A stretch of 64,000 nucleotides of DNA, taken from the NCBI RefSeq assembly GCF_036365525.1, contig NC_090404.1, positions 26,992,149 through 27,056,148 of the forward strand, given 5' to 3'. This stretch comes from Heterodontus francisci (lineage: Eukaryota). Below are positions 47,119 through 60,381 of the stretch, in pieces. Under the pieces are notes generated by a model. It was not told the origin of the DNA, did no database searches, and saw only the letters and a program-made list of their open reading frames with translations. The position numbers were made by a program, and so were the translations under genes. The first letter of the stretch is position 1. The number at the start of each line of letters is the position of its first letter.

Positions 47119-49705
47119 TGTTATGACGATTTCCATTTTTTTTATTGTTAAAATTTGATAATCCATATTCTTAAAAACTCAAAAGGATTTCATGGACATT
47201 GCATCATCTGGAGATTGCTGATCTTTGTGGGTGTTTTTTTTAAAGGAAGGTCAACAAAATGATTGACCAATAAAAAAATACTAGAAAACATGTGATTTCA
47301 AGTCAACACGGCAGGTGTTCTAACCTGAAGGGACAGATGTTGACAAGGAAATGACAGACCACGATATATGGCTGTCACAGGATTGTTGCTGAACTGTTTA
47401 GGTTTCATTTTGAACTGTTAAAAGCCAGCTGTTTTTTGGACTAAAAAAAGCAGCTGGAATTTGTATTGACCTGCCAGGAGATCAGAAGAACATCCAGACA
47501 ACTGTTACCTCTCTTTGAAGAGGCTCTGCTGTTGAAAATCAAAATCCTGTATGAAGTTGTACAGTTGCCTCTTGTATTTGAAGAATTCCTGAATGTTTGC
47601 AGAAACCTTGCATCTTTAAAAGAACTTTGCATTGAATGTGTGAGAACTGAAACATTTGTTGCTGCACACCTACTGTAAAACCTATATGAAGACTTCTGTC
47701 GTTGAATTTCTTTGAAACACCTACCCAAACAGACTGTCCATCAACCTCTTTTTCCGGTACATTGATGACTGTATCGGTGCCATTTCCTGCTCCCGCCCTG
47801 AACTGGAAACCTTTATCAACTTTGCTTCCAATTTTCACCCTTCTCTCACCTTTACATGGTCCATCTCTGACACTTCCCTTCCCTTCCTCGACTTCTCTGT
47901 CTCCATCTCTGGGGATAGGTTGTCTACTAATATCTATTATAAGCCCACCGACTCCCACAGCTACCTCGACTACACTTTTTCACACCCTACCTCCTGTAAG
48001 GACTCTATTCCATTCTCCCCGTTTCTCTGTCTTCGACGCATCTACTCTTATGATGCTACCTTCCAAGACAGAGCTTCTGGTATGACCTCCTTTTTCCTCA
48101 ACCGAGGATTCCCCCCACTGTTGTTGACAGGGCCCTCAACCGTGTCCGGCCCATTTCCCGTACCTCTGCCCTCAACCCTTCCCCTCCCTCCCAGAACCGT
48201 GACAGGGTTCCCCTTGTCCTCATTTTCCACCCCACCAGCGTCCATATCCAAAGGATCATCCTCCACCATTTCTGCCACCTCCAGTGTGATGCCACTACCA
48301 AATGCATCATCCCCTCCCTTCCTCTGTTAGCATTCTGAAGGGATCATTCCCTCTGCGACACCCTGGTGTACACCTCCAATACCCCCACCACCTCGTCCCC
48401 GTCCCATGGCTCCTTCCCCTGCAATCGCAGGAGGTGTAATACCTGCTCATTTACCTCCTCTCTCCTCACTATCCTAGGTCACAAACACCCCTTTCAGGTG
48501 AAGCAGCGATTTACTTGTACTTCTTTCAATGTAGTATACTGTATTCGCTGCTCACAATGTGGTCTCCTCTACATTGGGGAGACCAAGCGCAGACTGGGTG
48601 ACCACTTTGTGGAACACCTCCACTCAGTCCGCAAGCAGGACCCTGAGCTTCTGGTTGCTTGCCATTTCAACACTCCCCCCTGCTCTCATGCTCACATCTC
48701 TGTCCTGGGATTGCTGCAGTGTTCCAGTGAACATCAATGAAAGCTCGAGGAGCAGCATCTCATCTACCGATTAGGCACACTACAGCCTGCCGGACTGAAC
48801 ATTGAGTTTAATAATTTCAGAGAATGACAGCCCTCCATTTTACTTTCATTTTTAGTTTTTTTTTTACATTTTTACAACCATTTTTTTGCATTTATTTCAT
48901 TTCATCTTAGTTTGTTCAGTTTGCTTACCCACTGTTTTTTTTAATGTTTGCACTTGCTGCTGTTCAATATTCAGTCCGTTAGCACCTTTTCTGTACTAAT
49001 GTTTTGTCTTTCAACACAACATTAATATATTGTTTGCCTTTGCTCCATGACCTTTTGGTCAGCTATGTGGCCTTGTCCAATCTACACCTTCTCCTTTGTT
49101 ATCTCTTGCCCCACCCCCACATCACTTGCTTATAACCTGTGACATTTTAATATTTGTAAGTTCCGAAAAAGGGTCACTAATCCGAAACGTTAACTCTGCT
49201 TCTCTTTCCACAGATGCTGCCAGACCTGCTGAGTGGTTCCAGCATTTCTTGTTTTTATGTCCATCAACCTCGCCTGGAAAGATTCCTTGTGGCAGCCAAC
49301 TATTTGCCTTTGGGACACCTCACCAAAACAAAAGACTTCCATCTCTTCTCTTCATTCCAATTTTTTTTATTCCTTCTGCTTCTTTGTAACAGCTAGAAAC
49401 AAAAATCTATTTTTTCCTGGTTAACTGGCTGCACGTGTGAGTGTGTGTGAGGGTTAGGATAAAAAAAGGAGCTTTAATAATTCAATTTGTGCGTATATTT
49501 ATTTCATTATTGGTTAAAGCTTGTTTTATAATAAACTGATAACTTTGTTGTTTACTAAAGAAACCTGGTTGGTGGGCTTTATTCTGGGGACAAATAGAGT
49601 ATCTAATTGACTGTTTCGGTAAGTGGGAAAATGCATTGATATGTTGTGACCTGTGGAGAAGTGGGACTGAATTAACAGTGCACTCCTCCCACCTCGGTCG
49701 TAACA
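47119..49705 (+). mobile_element. Solo LTR (Gypsy-type) interrupted by a Penelope-like element
   Basis: TGTTAT...GTAACA termini, perfect CCAT TSD at 47115 and 49706, empty site GGTCACCATGCAA near 5007. Confidence 0.88.
47749..49257 (+). mobile_element. 5'-truncated Penelope-like retroelement (RT end, GIY-YIG endonuclease, 3' tail)
   Basis: TNIYYKPTDSHSYLDY...SIPFS.FL.LRRI, PCNRRRCNTC and VVYCIRC...YIGETKR. 14-bp TSD TGTCCATCAACCTC at 47735 and 49258. Confidence 0.92.
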
Positions 49706-51398
49706 CCATGCAACCACATCTCAATTAGATCAAACGGTTCAACTTTATTTGTGCCATTAACTTGCCTAACTTTTCACAAATCCTCCAGGAATTCAGTAAA
49801 AATCTGTTTTAATTTTACCTTTCTGTCATTTCCCCCTGATTTTACCTTATTTACTGATACACAGTTGCTGTTAAACTTTTTGTCCCTTCCTGGCACATTC
49901 TTCTGAACTTTACCCAAATCGTTGCACTGCTCTGTGCCCTTGACCTTTTACTTTTCCTTTATAAGTCCCCCATCATTTTAAGTCCCGTCATCTTTTAAAT
50001 TAAAGTCCCAGTGCAGCATTGGTTATTGGAATCGCCTGGACATTGGTCCAGCTAGTTTTAAGTGGACTTCTTCCCAACAGAACAGGTCCCTCTTTCCCCA
50101 GTGCTGGAGCCAGTAATCCATGGATAGTAATGCCTGTCTCCCACACCACTGTTTGGGCGCCATTTCAACCCATAGTATTGAATAGTCATTCTGGCAACAT
50201 TCATAAATTCTGTTCCTTCCACCAAATACCTGGGGCACGGTAAAGTTACATTGATCAGTTGTTCCTCTATTATTTGGACATACCATCCAGTTCACTAAAC
50301 AATGGGGTCTGAGTAAAATAATTTCAGCGGCTGTTCTTCCAGTAGCTTAGAATTCTGTTCATTCGCCAAACACCTGAGACAGGGTAAAGTTGCAATGATC
50401 TGTCAATCCCCTATTACCTGTACATTTTATCCCATTGACTAAATATCTTGGGCGAGTTAAAGATACTTTGATCAGCGAATCTTCTATTATCCATATATTC
50501 GATCACATTATCCGAACACCTGGGACAAAATAAAGCTACAATGATCAGTCAGTCCCCTATTACCTGTAGTTTTTTTTTTCCCTTTGATCGAACAACATGG
50601 GCCGGTTAAAGATACTTGATCATGTAATCCTCTATTACCCATACATTTTATCCTGTTGACCAAACACGCATTGGGCTGGTTAAATGCACTTCGATTGGGT
50701 GATCCTCTGTACATGTACATTTCATCCCATTGACAAGACACCAGTTAAAATACTTTGATCAGATAATCCTCCATTACTTGAACATTCTATTCCATTAAAC
50801 AACCATCTGGGACAGGGTAAAGATACATTGAACAGTTATTGCTCTATTACTCGAACATTCACATCAGCGTTTGGCGTGTAGGTGTATGAAAACATGAAGT
50901 GTGGTTACAAAGATTGGTGAGCTGTGTATGTGACCTGGCTCAAAATAGGGGATGATTGTGTGCGTAATATTCATGGATGCAAGGCATTCAGGAAAGAACA
51001 GGAAGGGAAAAAAGGAGGGTAGCGGTTTTGATGAAGATTTTTGTTGCACTGCTGCAAAGAATGTCCTTGGGGATCAAAGACAAAATCTATTTAGTGGGAA
51101 TTGAGAAAGATGAAGGAGATATTACGTTATTTGATGCATTTAATGAGCCACAGAATAGTGGTAAGTAGGTAGAGAAGTAGATTTGAAACCAAATTAACGT
51201 GAGAGGCAAGAGCTATAGAGTAGTGATAACGTGAGTTATCATTTAATATTGAATAAGGCAGTGACTGCAAAGAGGAGAGATGAAAGGAATGTCTGAACTG
51301 TGTTGAAATACTTTTCTTGATCAGTTTGTTTCCTGCCCAAGAGAACGGAGGGAATGCTGGATTTAGTCTGGCAATGTCACAGTCTAGAAGAATAGTGA

Positions 51399-52440
51399 TT
51401 ATCTTCTTCTTCTTTGGCCTCCTTATATCGAGAGACAATGGGTAAGCGCCTAGAGGTGGACAGTGGTGTGTGGAGCAACGCCTGGAGTGGCTATAAAGGC
51501 CAATTCTAGAGTGACAGGCTCTTCCACAGGTGCTGCAGAAAAATTTGTTTGTCGGGGCTGTTACACAGTTGGCTCTCCCCTTGCGCTTTTGTCTTTTTTC
51601 CTGCCAACTGCTAAGTCTCTTCGACTCGCCACACTTTAGCCCCGCCTTTATGGCTGCCCGCCAGCTCTGGCAAATGCTGGCAACTGACTCCCATGACTTG
51701 TGATCAATGTCACAGGACTTCATGTCGCGTTTGCAGACGTCTTTAAAGCGGAGACATGGATGGCCGGTGGGTCTGATACCAGTGGCGAGCTTGCTGTACA
51801 ATGTGTCTTTGGGGATCCTGCCATCTTCCATGTGGCTCACATGGCCAAGCCATCTCAAGCGCCGCTGGCTCAGTATTGTGTATAAGCTTGGGATGTTGGC
51901 CGCCTCGAGGACTTCTGTGTTGGAGATACGGTCCTGCCACCTGATGCCAAATATTCTCCGGAGGCAGCGAACATGCAATGAATTGAGAAGTCGCTCTTGG
52001 CTGACATACTTTGTCCAGGCCTCGCTGCCATAGAGCAAAGTATTGAGGACACAGGCTTGATACACTTGGACTTTTGTGTTCCGTGTCAGTGCCCCATTTT
52101 CCCACACTCTCTTGGCCAGTCTGGACATAGCAGTGGAAGCCTTTTCCATGTGCTTGTTGATTTCTGCATCTAGAGACAGGTTACTGGTGATAGTTGAGCC
52201 TAGGTAGGTGAACTCTTGAACCACTTCCAGAGCGTGGTCGCCAATATTGATGGATGGTGCATTTCTGACATCCTGGCCCATGATGTTCGTTTTCTTGAGG
52301 CTGATGGTTAGGCCAAATTCATTGCAGGCAGCCGCAAACCTGTCGATGAGACTCTGCAGGCACTCTTCAGTGTGAGATGTTAAAGCAGCATCGTCAGCAA
52401 AGAGGAGTTCCCTGATGAGGAGTTTCCATACTTTGGACTT
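51399..52440 (-). mobile_element. 5'-truncated RTE-clade LINE
   Basis: ELLFADD near 52400, FTYLGS, VLNTLLYGSEAW and RLRWLGHV..M...RIPK, then C-terminal CSTC...HS. (AAG)n tail. TSD ATAGTGA at 51392 and 52441. Confidence 0.92.
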
Positions 52441-52445
52441 ATAGT

Positions 52446-53126
52446 GACCGGAATTTATGCCACCTCACCTCCAACGGGCAGGCTGGTGGTGAGGGGGAGG
52501 GGGGGCTGCAAAATTGAGTGGGAGGTGAAGGGGGCCATTCCTGCCGTCTTCCTGCCACTGTTAACATTTTACATGCGGCGGTAGCGTCAAAGGTCACCTA
52601 AGGTCAATCAAAGCCCTTAAGAGGCCGACTGGACAGCAAAGGCCCCAAGAGCCCCACTATGTAAAATCTGGCTGCCTGTTTGCGAGCTGGGGTGCCCTCC
52701 TGATTGGGCACCCTGTGCCCCATGGAGGGTTGCACCCGAAGCCCCAAACGCCCCCACCTCGCAACACTCCTTCCATCCCCCCACCCCCTACCAACTGACA
52801 CCCCTGCCTCGCTGGGGCCTGGCCGATTGTCTTACCTTCAGTCAGGGGCTATCCTTCTTCTTGCCGCTGTTGGCTGGGTGTAGTCCCAGCAATAGCCAGC
52901 TGTCACAGTGGAGCTGCTGAGACGAAGAGCTGCCAGCCCGCTGATTGGTCAACAGCTCCATCAGGTGAGGCCTGCTACCTCAAGGAGGTGGAGGTCCCGC
53001 CCAAGGCCGATTCGGGGCTTGGGAGCCAAAAATCCCGGCGTGGTTCCCCAGACTCGGGCGGAGATCGCCCCTGCCCGACTTTTCGGCCAGTGGGCGGGGC
53101 CTTCTGCCCAACTTAAATTCCGACCA
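52446..53126. mobile_element. MITE-like GC-rich non-autonomous element
   Basis: Termini GACCGGAATTT...AAATTCCGACC form an imperfect inverted repeat; no coding signal. Confidence 0.6.
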
Positions 53127-55539
53127 GTAAATTAATGTCTCGATTAGTTATGCAGAAGAACAAGGAAAATCTAAAATAAAAAGAACAACACTGAACAGGA
53201 GCAAGACGAATTTCAGCAAATTGAGAAGGAACCTGTCCCAGGGAAATTGAAATCAAGGACTGGTTTGATAATGCAAAGGAGAATGTGGCTGAAATTCAAA
53301 AGTACAAAGTGGAAATAAAAATTAATAACAGGTGCAAAGACACAATCAGAAAATGTAAAAAGAAAAAGCTGTGGGAGGTTTTGCGGAGCCAATTAGGCAA
53401 CAAAGTGAAGATATTTTGGTAAAGGCAGCAGTCATGCTTGAGGCGCTAAATTAATACTTTTCCATCGGTGCCAACTGCAGAAGGGGATTTTGCTAAAGTT
53501 TGGACAAAAGGAGAAAGTTGCTGAGATCCTGCATTAGATACAATAGTTAAATAGGATGTACTAAAAATTCTGGCTTACTTGAAGTGGTCAACTCAACAGG
53601 TTCAGAGTGTTGCTGAGGGAAGTAAGGACAGAAATTGTTCGAAAAATTGAAACCTATGGAAGAAAATAAATGGTGGAGAATGGATACCGTATTGGTTAAG
53701 TGATAGAAAACAGAAACAAAAGCAAAATGCTGTAGCTGCTGGAAATCTGACATAAAAAAACAGAACATGCTGAAAATTCCCAGCAGGCCAGGCATTACCT
53801 GTGGAGAGAGAAACAGAGTTAATGTTTCAGGTCGATAACCTTAACAGGGAAATTGAAATACTGTTGTAACAGTCCTCGAGCAACTACAGAGGCAGGAAAA
53901 GGGGAGGGGGGGGGGATAAAAACCACAAAATGTCAGGCTTGTGATAGGATGGAAGGCATCAGCGTTTATCGGACAAAATGGATGATTGTGCAAGGCATAC
54001 AAAACAAAGAGTTGTTGTAAATGCCTGTTTACTGTGCTGGTGGGCGATATGCAGTGGCGTTCCCCAAGCTTCACTGATCTGACCAATTACTGTTGTTGAT
54101 ATACATTAATGGCTTCTACTTGGGGATAGAGAACACCATTTTAACGATATTAGATGATAAAAATCTTGAAAATGAGGTAAACTGTGAGGAAGATACTAAA
54201 ACTTTTCAAGAGGACATAGGCAGGTGGGATCGGAAGAGGATATAGGCTGGTGGAATCGGTGGACCCATGATAACGAAATTTACTCAGAATGTGCGAGGTG
54301 ATACAGTTAGCTCGGAAGAATGATGAGAGATACTGCATGCTAAAGATATTCAACGATGGCGCATCCACAACCCTCTGGAGAAGAGAACTCCAAAGATTCA
54401 CAACCCTCTGGAGTGGAGAATTCCAAAGACTCACAACCCAATGAGAGAAGTACTTTCTCCTCATTTCATTCCTAAATGACCGACCCCTTAACCTGAAACC
54501 GTGCTGCCTTGTTCCAGATTCCTCAGCCAGAGGAAACAATGTCTCCATCACCTTTCCGTCAAGCCCTACATACCTTTGAATGTATCAACAAATCGTCTCT
54601 CATTCTGCTAAACTCCATTGAATATAAACCCAATTTAGTCAGCGTCTCATCAAAGAAAAAACCTCCCATATCAGAGACCAATCTAGTGAACCCTCACTGT
54701 GCTGCCTCCAAGACAAGCATGTGTTTCCTTAAATATGGAGAAAAAAATAGTTTACAGTAATTCAGGTGTGATCGCAACAAATCCCTGTAAACTTGTAGCA
54801 AGACATTTATTTTATTTCTGTAATTCAATCCCCTTGCAATAAAGACCAACATGTTATTTGCTTACTGAATTGCTTACATGGTAAACTTCTCTGTATAGGT
54901 ACACCCAGGTGTCTCTGAACATCAACACGCAGAAGTTTCACGCTGTCACGAAGATGTTCGTTATGTCGAATGATGAATTTTATTCCACCAGATGGAAAAT
55001 TAAATTGATTTTTTTTTCAAATAAAAGCAACTAAAAGTGACTCGATGCTTGCAGCTAAATACGGCTCCCCCAATTTGCATCATTCCACATTCCAATGCAT
55101 TCAGATGGAGTCAGCATTTCTGCACAGACCCATCAAGGACGATGACCTGGGGAATCTGTGTGAACCACCTGTTCTGTTCCCATTAGCAAGGTGTCAAGGC
55201 CATTACCTGAGATATTCAACTGATAGAGATGAACCACTCATACCTAATCACTTGAACAATGGAACACTAGCTGTGAGAGGAGGGATCCTGATATGAACTA
55301 ATCGAGATGCAAGAGAGAATACACCAGTAGCCACCATGCTGAAACTACTGGGTGGCAGTAATGTGGCAGGCCCACCCTTTGTGCGCTTAAAATGATGTTT
55401 TCTTTGCAGTAAGGAGACAAGCAGCTAGACGCTGATGATGGAAGACCAGAATGGGGTCAATTCTTCCTTTTTCTCTCGCTCCAATCCACCTTGCAAGCTT
55501 CAAATCCTGTTTGTTGACCATGACCACCCAGGAATGCCC

Positions 55540-56655
55540 CTGATGCAGAGAAAGGCTTTTCGAAAGAAATAAGCTGCACTACTGTCTCCAGGAGAGCCAC
55601 CGAAGCATCTGTCTGCATCTTCAAATTGGAAGCCTCAGGAGCATGAAAGGAAAGCCACACAACTACCAAATTTAATCTGAAGCCAATCGAGTCACCAACC
55701 TCCACAGACTGTATACACCTTCTATTTCTCTGGACCCTGATTTGGCCAATCTATCCCTCCCCGCTCTGTAACGCATTTGTGTGCATTTGTGAACTTCGAG
55801 TTGTGTGTGTGGAAGTCGGAGCATATTTTATTATTTTATTTAGATCGGTTTAAGTACAATAAAGCTGACCTCTTTCTTAGTTAAACTCGAGAAAACCAGT
55901 CTGATTGGTTCCTTTTCTGATCACAGCACGTATACAGTTAAACACTCACTGAATTGGCAAGTATACGTTCTTCAAAAAGAAATAAACATGTTGCGGTCAA
56001 ACAAGCAGAGGGAAAAGCGGGGAGCCTTTCGACCAAATTGATCCCGAACGATAAATTAAAAACGTCAATACAAGTTTCCTTGGGTTTTCACGGTGCTAAA
56101 ATGTCCACATTCGAGGCCGAGAACAGAATGAAGCAATTTGAGACAGCTTGAAAGCATGGTCCCTTGAAGAGTTGAGGAGTATAGCTCGGCATTTAGAAAT
56201 AAATATCCTCCCAAAAGCTAGGAAACTTGAAATCCTAAAACATGCGGCCAACCCGTTTTCAAATTGAAATTGAACAACTGGAAACAGGTGTAGAATCTGA
56301 ACCAGACCGATTACCATTAGCCAAGATACAGCTGGAACAGTGGAGACTGGTGCTAGAATTCCAAAAAAAAGAAAGGGAAATGAAGAGACAAGAAAGGAAA
56401 GAAGAAAGAGGGATGATCTCAGGAAAGGACAAAGAAAGAGATTTCCAGAAGGAGAGGCAGAAAAGAGAGTTAAGGCAGCTCGAGCTGATTAGGGGAAGAT
56501 CCAATGTACTAAGTCACTAGTGAGGAAACTATCCTTAGCTTCGGACTGAGTGCTGAGCTCTCAAAGTTCTCCCAATTGATACAACATTTTGATGACGGAG
56601 AATGTGGAATTATTTTTCATCTAATTTGAAAAGCTGGCAGAACAGTGGAAGTATA
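55540..56655 (+). mobile_element. Gypsy LTR plus gag 5' remnant (older paralogue of 38572-39400)
   Basis: Colinear similarity to 38575-39390, for example AAGTACAATAAAGCTGACCTCTTTC and AAAATGTCCACATT. Confidence 0.7.
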
Positions 56656-57149
56656 TGACATTCCTCCCCCCACCCACAAAGTTCAGAACCTTTTATCTTT
56701 ACCCCTTCCCATCACCCCCTCGACCAATCAGGCAAGTTCTTTCCCCTCTCCCCCGCTTCCTCCCTGAAAACTTAGCTTCTCTTCCTCCCAAACCAGTCTT
56801 CCACCTTGGATTTCCAAATGGAGATCCGAAGGTATTGCAGTTCTGGCAGCCAGCAGGAATATCACAGCAGGCCGACCATCGTGACGAGGTAAGTATTAAT
56901 TAATTTATTTACATAAATTAAAATATTTGAATGAGGCTCCCGTCGCCCAGGTAGGGGGCCAGCACGAGGCCTTGCCGCCGCTGGGAAAATGGGGTGGGGC
57001 ATTCCAGCGTCGTGGCCCGCGGCAGGCCTCTCCCGGAATATTTTTCGCCCCCCCTCCCCCCCCCACCCATGACTGCCGACACCAGGGACTCGTAATATCC
57101 AGCCTGATGGATCAGGCTTCGAGAAACCAGTTGGGTTTTATCCAAAAAT

Positions 57150-57845
57150 AAATGGTGCACACTGCTGCCACTGTATGTTGGTGGTCAAGGGAGTTAATGT
57201 CTGTGGATGGGGTGTCGATCAAGCGGGCAGCTTTGTCCTGGATGGTGTCCAGCTTCTTGAGAGTTGTTGGAGCTCCTGACTAGTGCAGAATATTCCATAA
57301 CACTCCTGACTATTCCCAGCATTTGTATGGCTGATGCAGTTAAGTTTCTGATCAATGGTAGCACCACCCCCACCCCCCTCCCCCGCAGGACGTTGATGGT
57401 GGGAGAATCAGTGATGGCAATACCGTTGAATGACAACGGTAGGTATATTCTCTCTTTTTGGAGATGGCAATGGTCTGGCATTTGTGTGGCACAAATCCCA
57501 CTTGCCACTTATCAGGACAAGCCTGAATGTTGCTCAGGGTTGCTACATGCAAGCACGCAATGCTTCAGTATTTGAGGAGTTGTGGATGCTACTGAACATT
57601 GTGCAATCATCAGCTAATAACCCCATTTCTGAATTATGATGGAGGCTGTTGATGAAACAGCTAAAGATGGTTGGATCAAGGCAATACCCTGAGGAACTCC
57701 TGCAGTATGGACTGGGGCTGGGAAGGTTGGCCTCCTACAACCACAACCATCTTCCTTTGTTCGAGGCAGCTCTCCAGTGGAAAGTTCTCCCTGCTTCCCA
57801 TTGACTTCAATCTTCCTAATTCTCCTTGATGCCACTCTCTATCAA
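57150..57845 (-). mobile_element. Decayed L2/CR1-group LINE fragment ending at the duplication breakpoint
   Basis: Similar to 34880-35395; abuts Gypsy integrase sequence at 57846. Confidence 0.75.
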
Positions 57846-59030
57846 ATGAGGATAGCCAACACAATTCCAATGGCCGGACATGTCGGTATCCAAAAAAAAA
57901 ACTAGTCCATATAAGACAGCATTTTAACTGGCCACACCTTCACAGGGATGTGGTAGAGTTCTGTAAAACTTGCCACACGTGCCAGGTTGTGGGGAAGCAC
58001 CAACCTGCAATAAAATCTGCGCTTCTAATTCCCATAGCAGCATATTGGTGAACTATTTAGAAGAGTGTTGGTGATTGTGTGAGGCCCCTGCCGAGTGCAA
58101 AAGGGCACTACCAGTATCATCTCACCATATTGGGTGTGGCTACCCGATTTCTAGAGGCCATTCTCCTAAGAACCATCTCTGCCAAGTTAGTGGTGGAGGG
58201 GCGAACCCAATTCTTCACCCGCTATTGGCTGCCTGCAGAGATCCGGTTGGATCAGGGCACAAATTTTATGGCCAATATTTTTCAAAAGGTCATGATCCAG
58301 CTAAAGTCCTCAGCTTACCACCCACAGTCACAAGAGTCTTTGGAATGGTACCACCAGACCCTAAAGACAGCGATCAGGGCATACTGCCATGAGTACCCCC
58401 ATGACTGGGACAAAGGGCTGGTATTTCTTCTTTTCTAACAGGGACTCACCCAATGCGCCTATTGGTTTTAATCCCTTTGAATTAGTTTATGGACACGAGG
58501 TGAGAGATCCTCTTAAACTAATCAAGGGAAGGTTTTTAGAGAACAGGGACACTCCCTTCATGTCAGACTTCATCTCCATATTCTGTGGGCAGTATACAAG
58601 AGATGGTGCAGTGGCTCAGGCACAGCTAAAAATATCCCAGACAGCTATGAAAAGGCAGGTTATTAAACATGCCAAATCCAGAACATTTCAGCATGGACAT
58701 CATGTGTTAGTGCTACTATCAATATAGGGTGAACCATTGAAAACCTGGTTCAGTGGTCCATACAGAGTAGTAAAGGGGATTAGTGAGTTTAATTATTGAA
58801 TTGACACTGCAGACTGTAAGAAAAAAGCAAAGGCTGCTCCACATCAATATGTTGGAGCTCTATCACAACCAGCAAGAGGATAAACAAGCACAAGTCTGTC
58901 AGGCAGCCAGGGAAGAGGAGGACGGTGAGGACGAGTGAGATGGAGGTCTGTAGGGTTCCTAAATTGAGTCCCCTACCGTCCGGTTAGCTAAAATTAAAAC
59001 GATAATGAGATGAGACATCATACTCTCTTA
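57846..59030 (+). mobile_element. Gypsy integrase remnant
   Basis: ORF 58079..58438 reads DQGTNF...SSAYHPQSQESLE..HQTLK. Confidence 0.85.
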
Positions 59031-59032
59031 TT

Positions 59033-59358
59033 TATAGAGATGCAGCACTGAAACATGCCCATCAGCCCACCGAGTCTGTGCCGACCAACACCCACCCATT
59101 TATGCTAATCCTACATGAATCCCATATTCCTTACCACATCTCCACCATTTTCCTACCACCTACCTACACTAGGGGCAATTTATATTGGCGAATTTATATA
59201 TCAACCTGCAAGGGTTTGGCTGTGGGAGGAAACCAGAGCACTCAGCAGAAACCCACACAGATCACAGGGAAAGCTTTCAAACTCCACACAGGCAGCACCC
59301 AGAAGCGAACCCACGTCGCTGAAGCTGTGATGCTAACCACTGCGCCACTGTGCTGCCC
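59033..59358 (-). mobile_element. HE1-type V-SINE (duplicate of 42115-42440)
   Basis: Near-identical to 42115-42440. Confidence 0.8.
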
Positions 59359-59470
59359 TTTAAACGCAGAATAGAAAGGAGACCTAACAAGGCTGCTCAC
59401 AGAGCGTGACAGGCTCAAGAACAGCACGGAATGCAATATGACGTGAAAACGATGTTGGATTTTACTAATT

Positions 59471-60381
59471 TCATAATTTCAACAATTTATAAATAAGACT
59501 CAATAGATATTTCACTCCATTCTCTAACTCATTTCTGAATTTTCTCTGGGTCCCTGCATAAATAAACGGATTGACGCAGGAACTCAAAAGCTGAAGCATT
59601 AATGCGCTTTCCTCCAGAATAAAGCTTGATTCATTGAAATTGGAACCGGAAAAATACTTAAGTTTTGCAATTCGAACATAAAGGAAATTTATCAGAAGTA
59701 CCAAATATAACAGCATGAAACTGCCCGAGACGCAGAAGAGTAAAACGATGGAGTTTCTCCGCTTCTCCATCTCTGGGTCACTCTGAGTCGCTCCATTGCT
59801 GTGGGCCTGGAGTCTCCTGCGGGCTTTACTGGCCACTAGAATGTGCCTGACAGTCAGTGCATTGAGCAGTAAAATCAGAATGAATGGGAGACAAGAGGTT
59901 GAAATGGGGCGAATCCAGTCAAATGCAGCCCATGCAGGTGACGTATAAAATATTAATTTTACGCTGCAGAACCAGGGTATGTTGTCAATTATATACAAAG
60001 GTTCAAATATGAAATACCAGAAGATATTTTTGAAACAGCTCAATGAAGATATGATTCCTATAACTCGTGCTGCTGTTTTCTCGGTGCAGTATTTTATTTT
60101 AATCTTCTGACAACAAATTGCCATAAATCGATCAAAGGTAAAAGCGACTGTTAACCAGACAGAACTGTCCATAATCGCAATGCTCAGGACAATACGGAGA
60201 CTGCATACGGGTGTGATGGATAGGAAACTGACCGGGAAATAAATACCAGCAATCCGGTTTAATATCACAGTCGTGATCATGACCAGGAAATCCGTCACTG
60301 CCATGGACACCATGTAGTAAGTGATACATCTGGAGAGACCACATCTTCCTCGGGACAGGATCACAATCACTGCCAAGTTAG
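59471..60381 (-). CDS. GPR139/GPR142-like orphan GPCR, copy 3, exon 2 (spliced CDS join 62369..62300 + 60381..59471; 326 aa)
   Basis: TACAG acceptor at 60382-60383. Intact seven-TM frame with 6 amino-acid differences from copy 2. Confidence 0.92.

Noticed and set aside
51127-52281. 384-aa ORF as a host gene
   Set aside because: It is the RT C-terminus of a 5'-truncated RTE LINE reading through its tail into flanking DNA.
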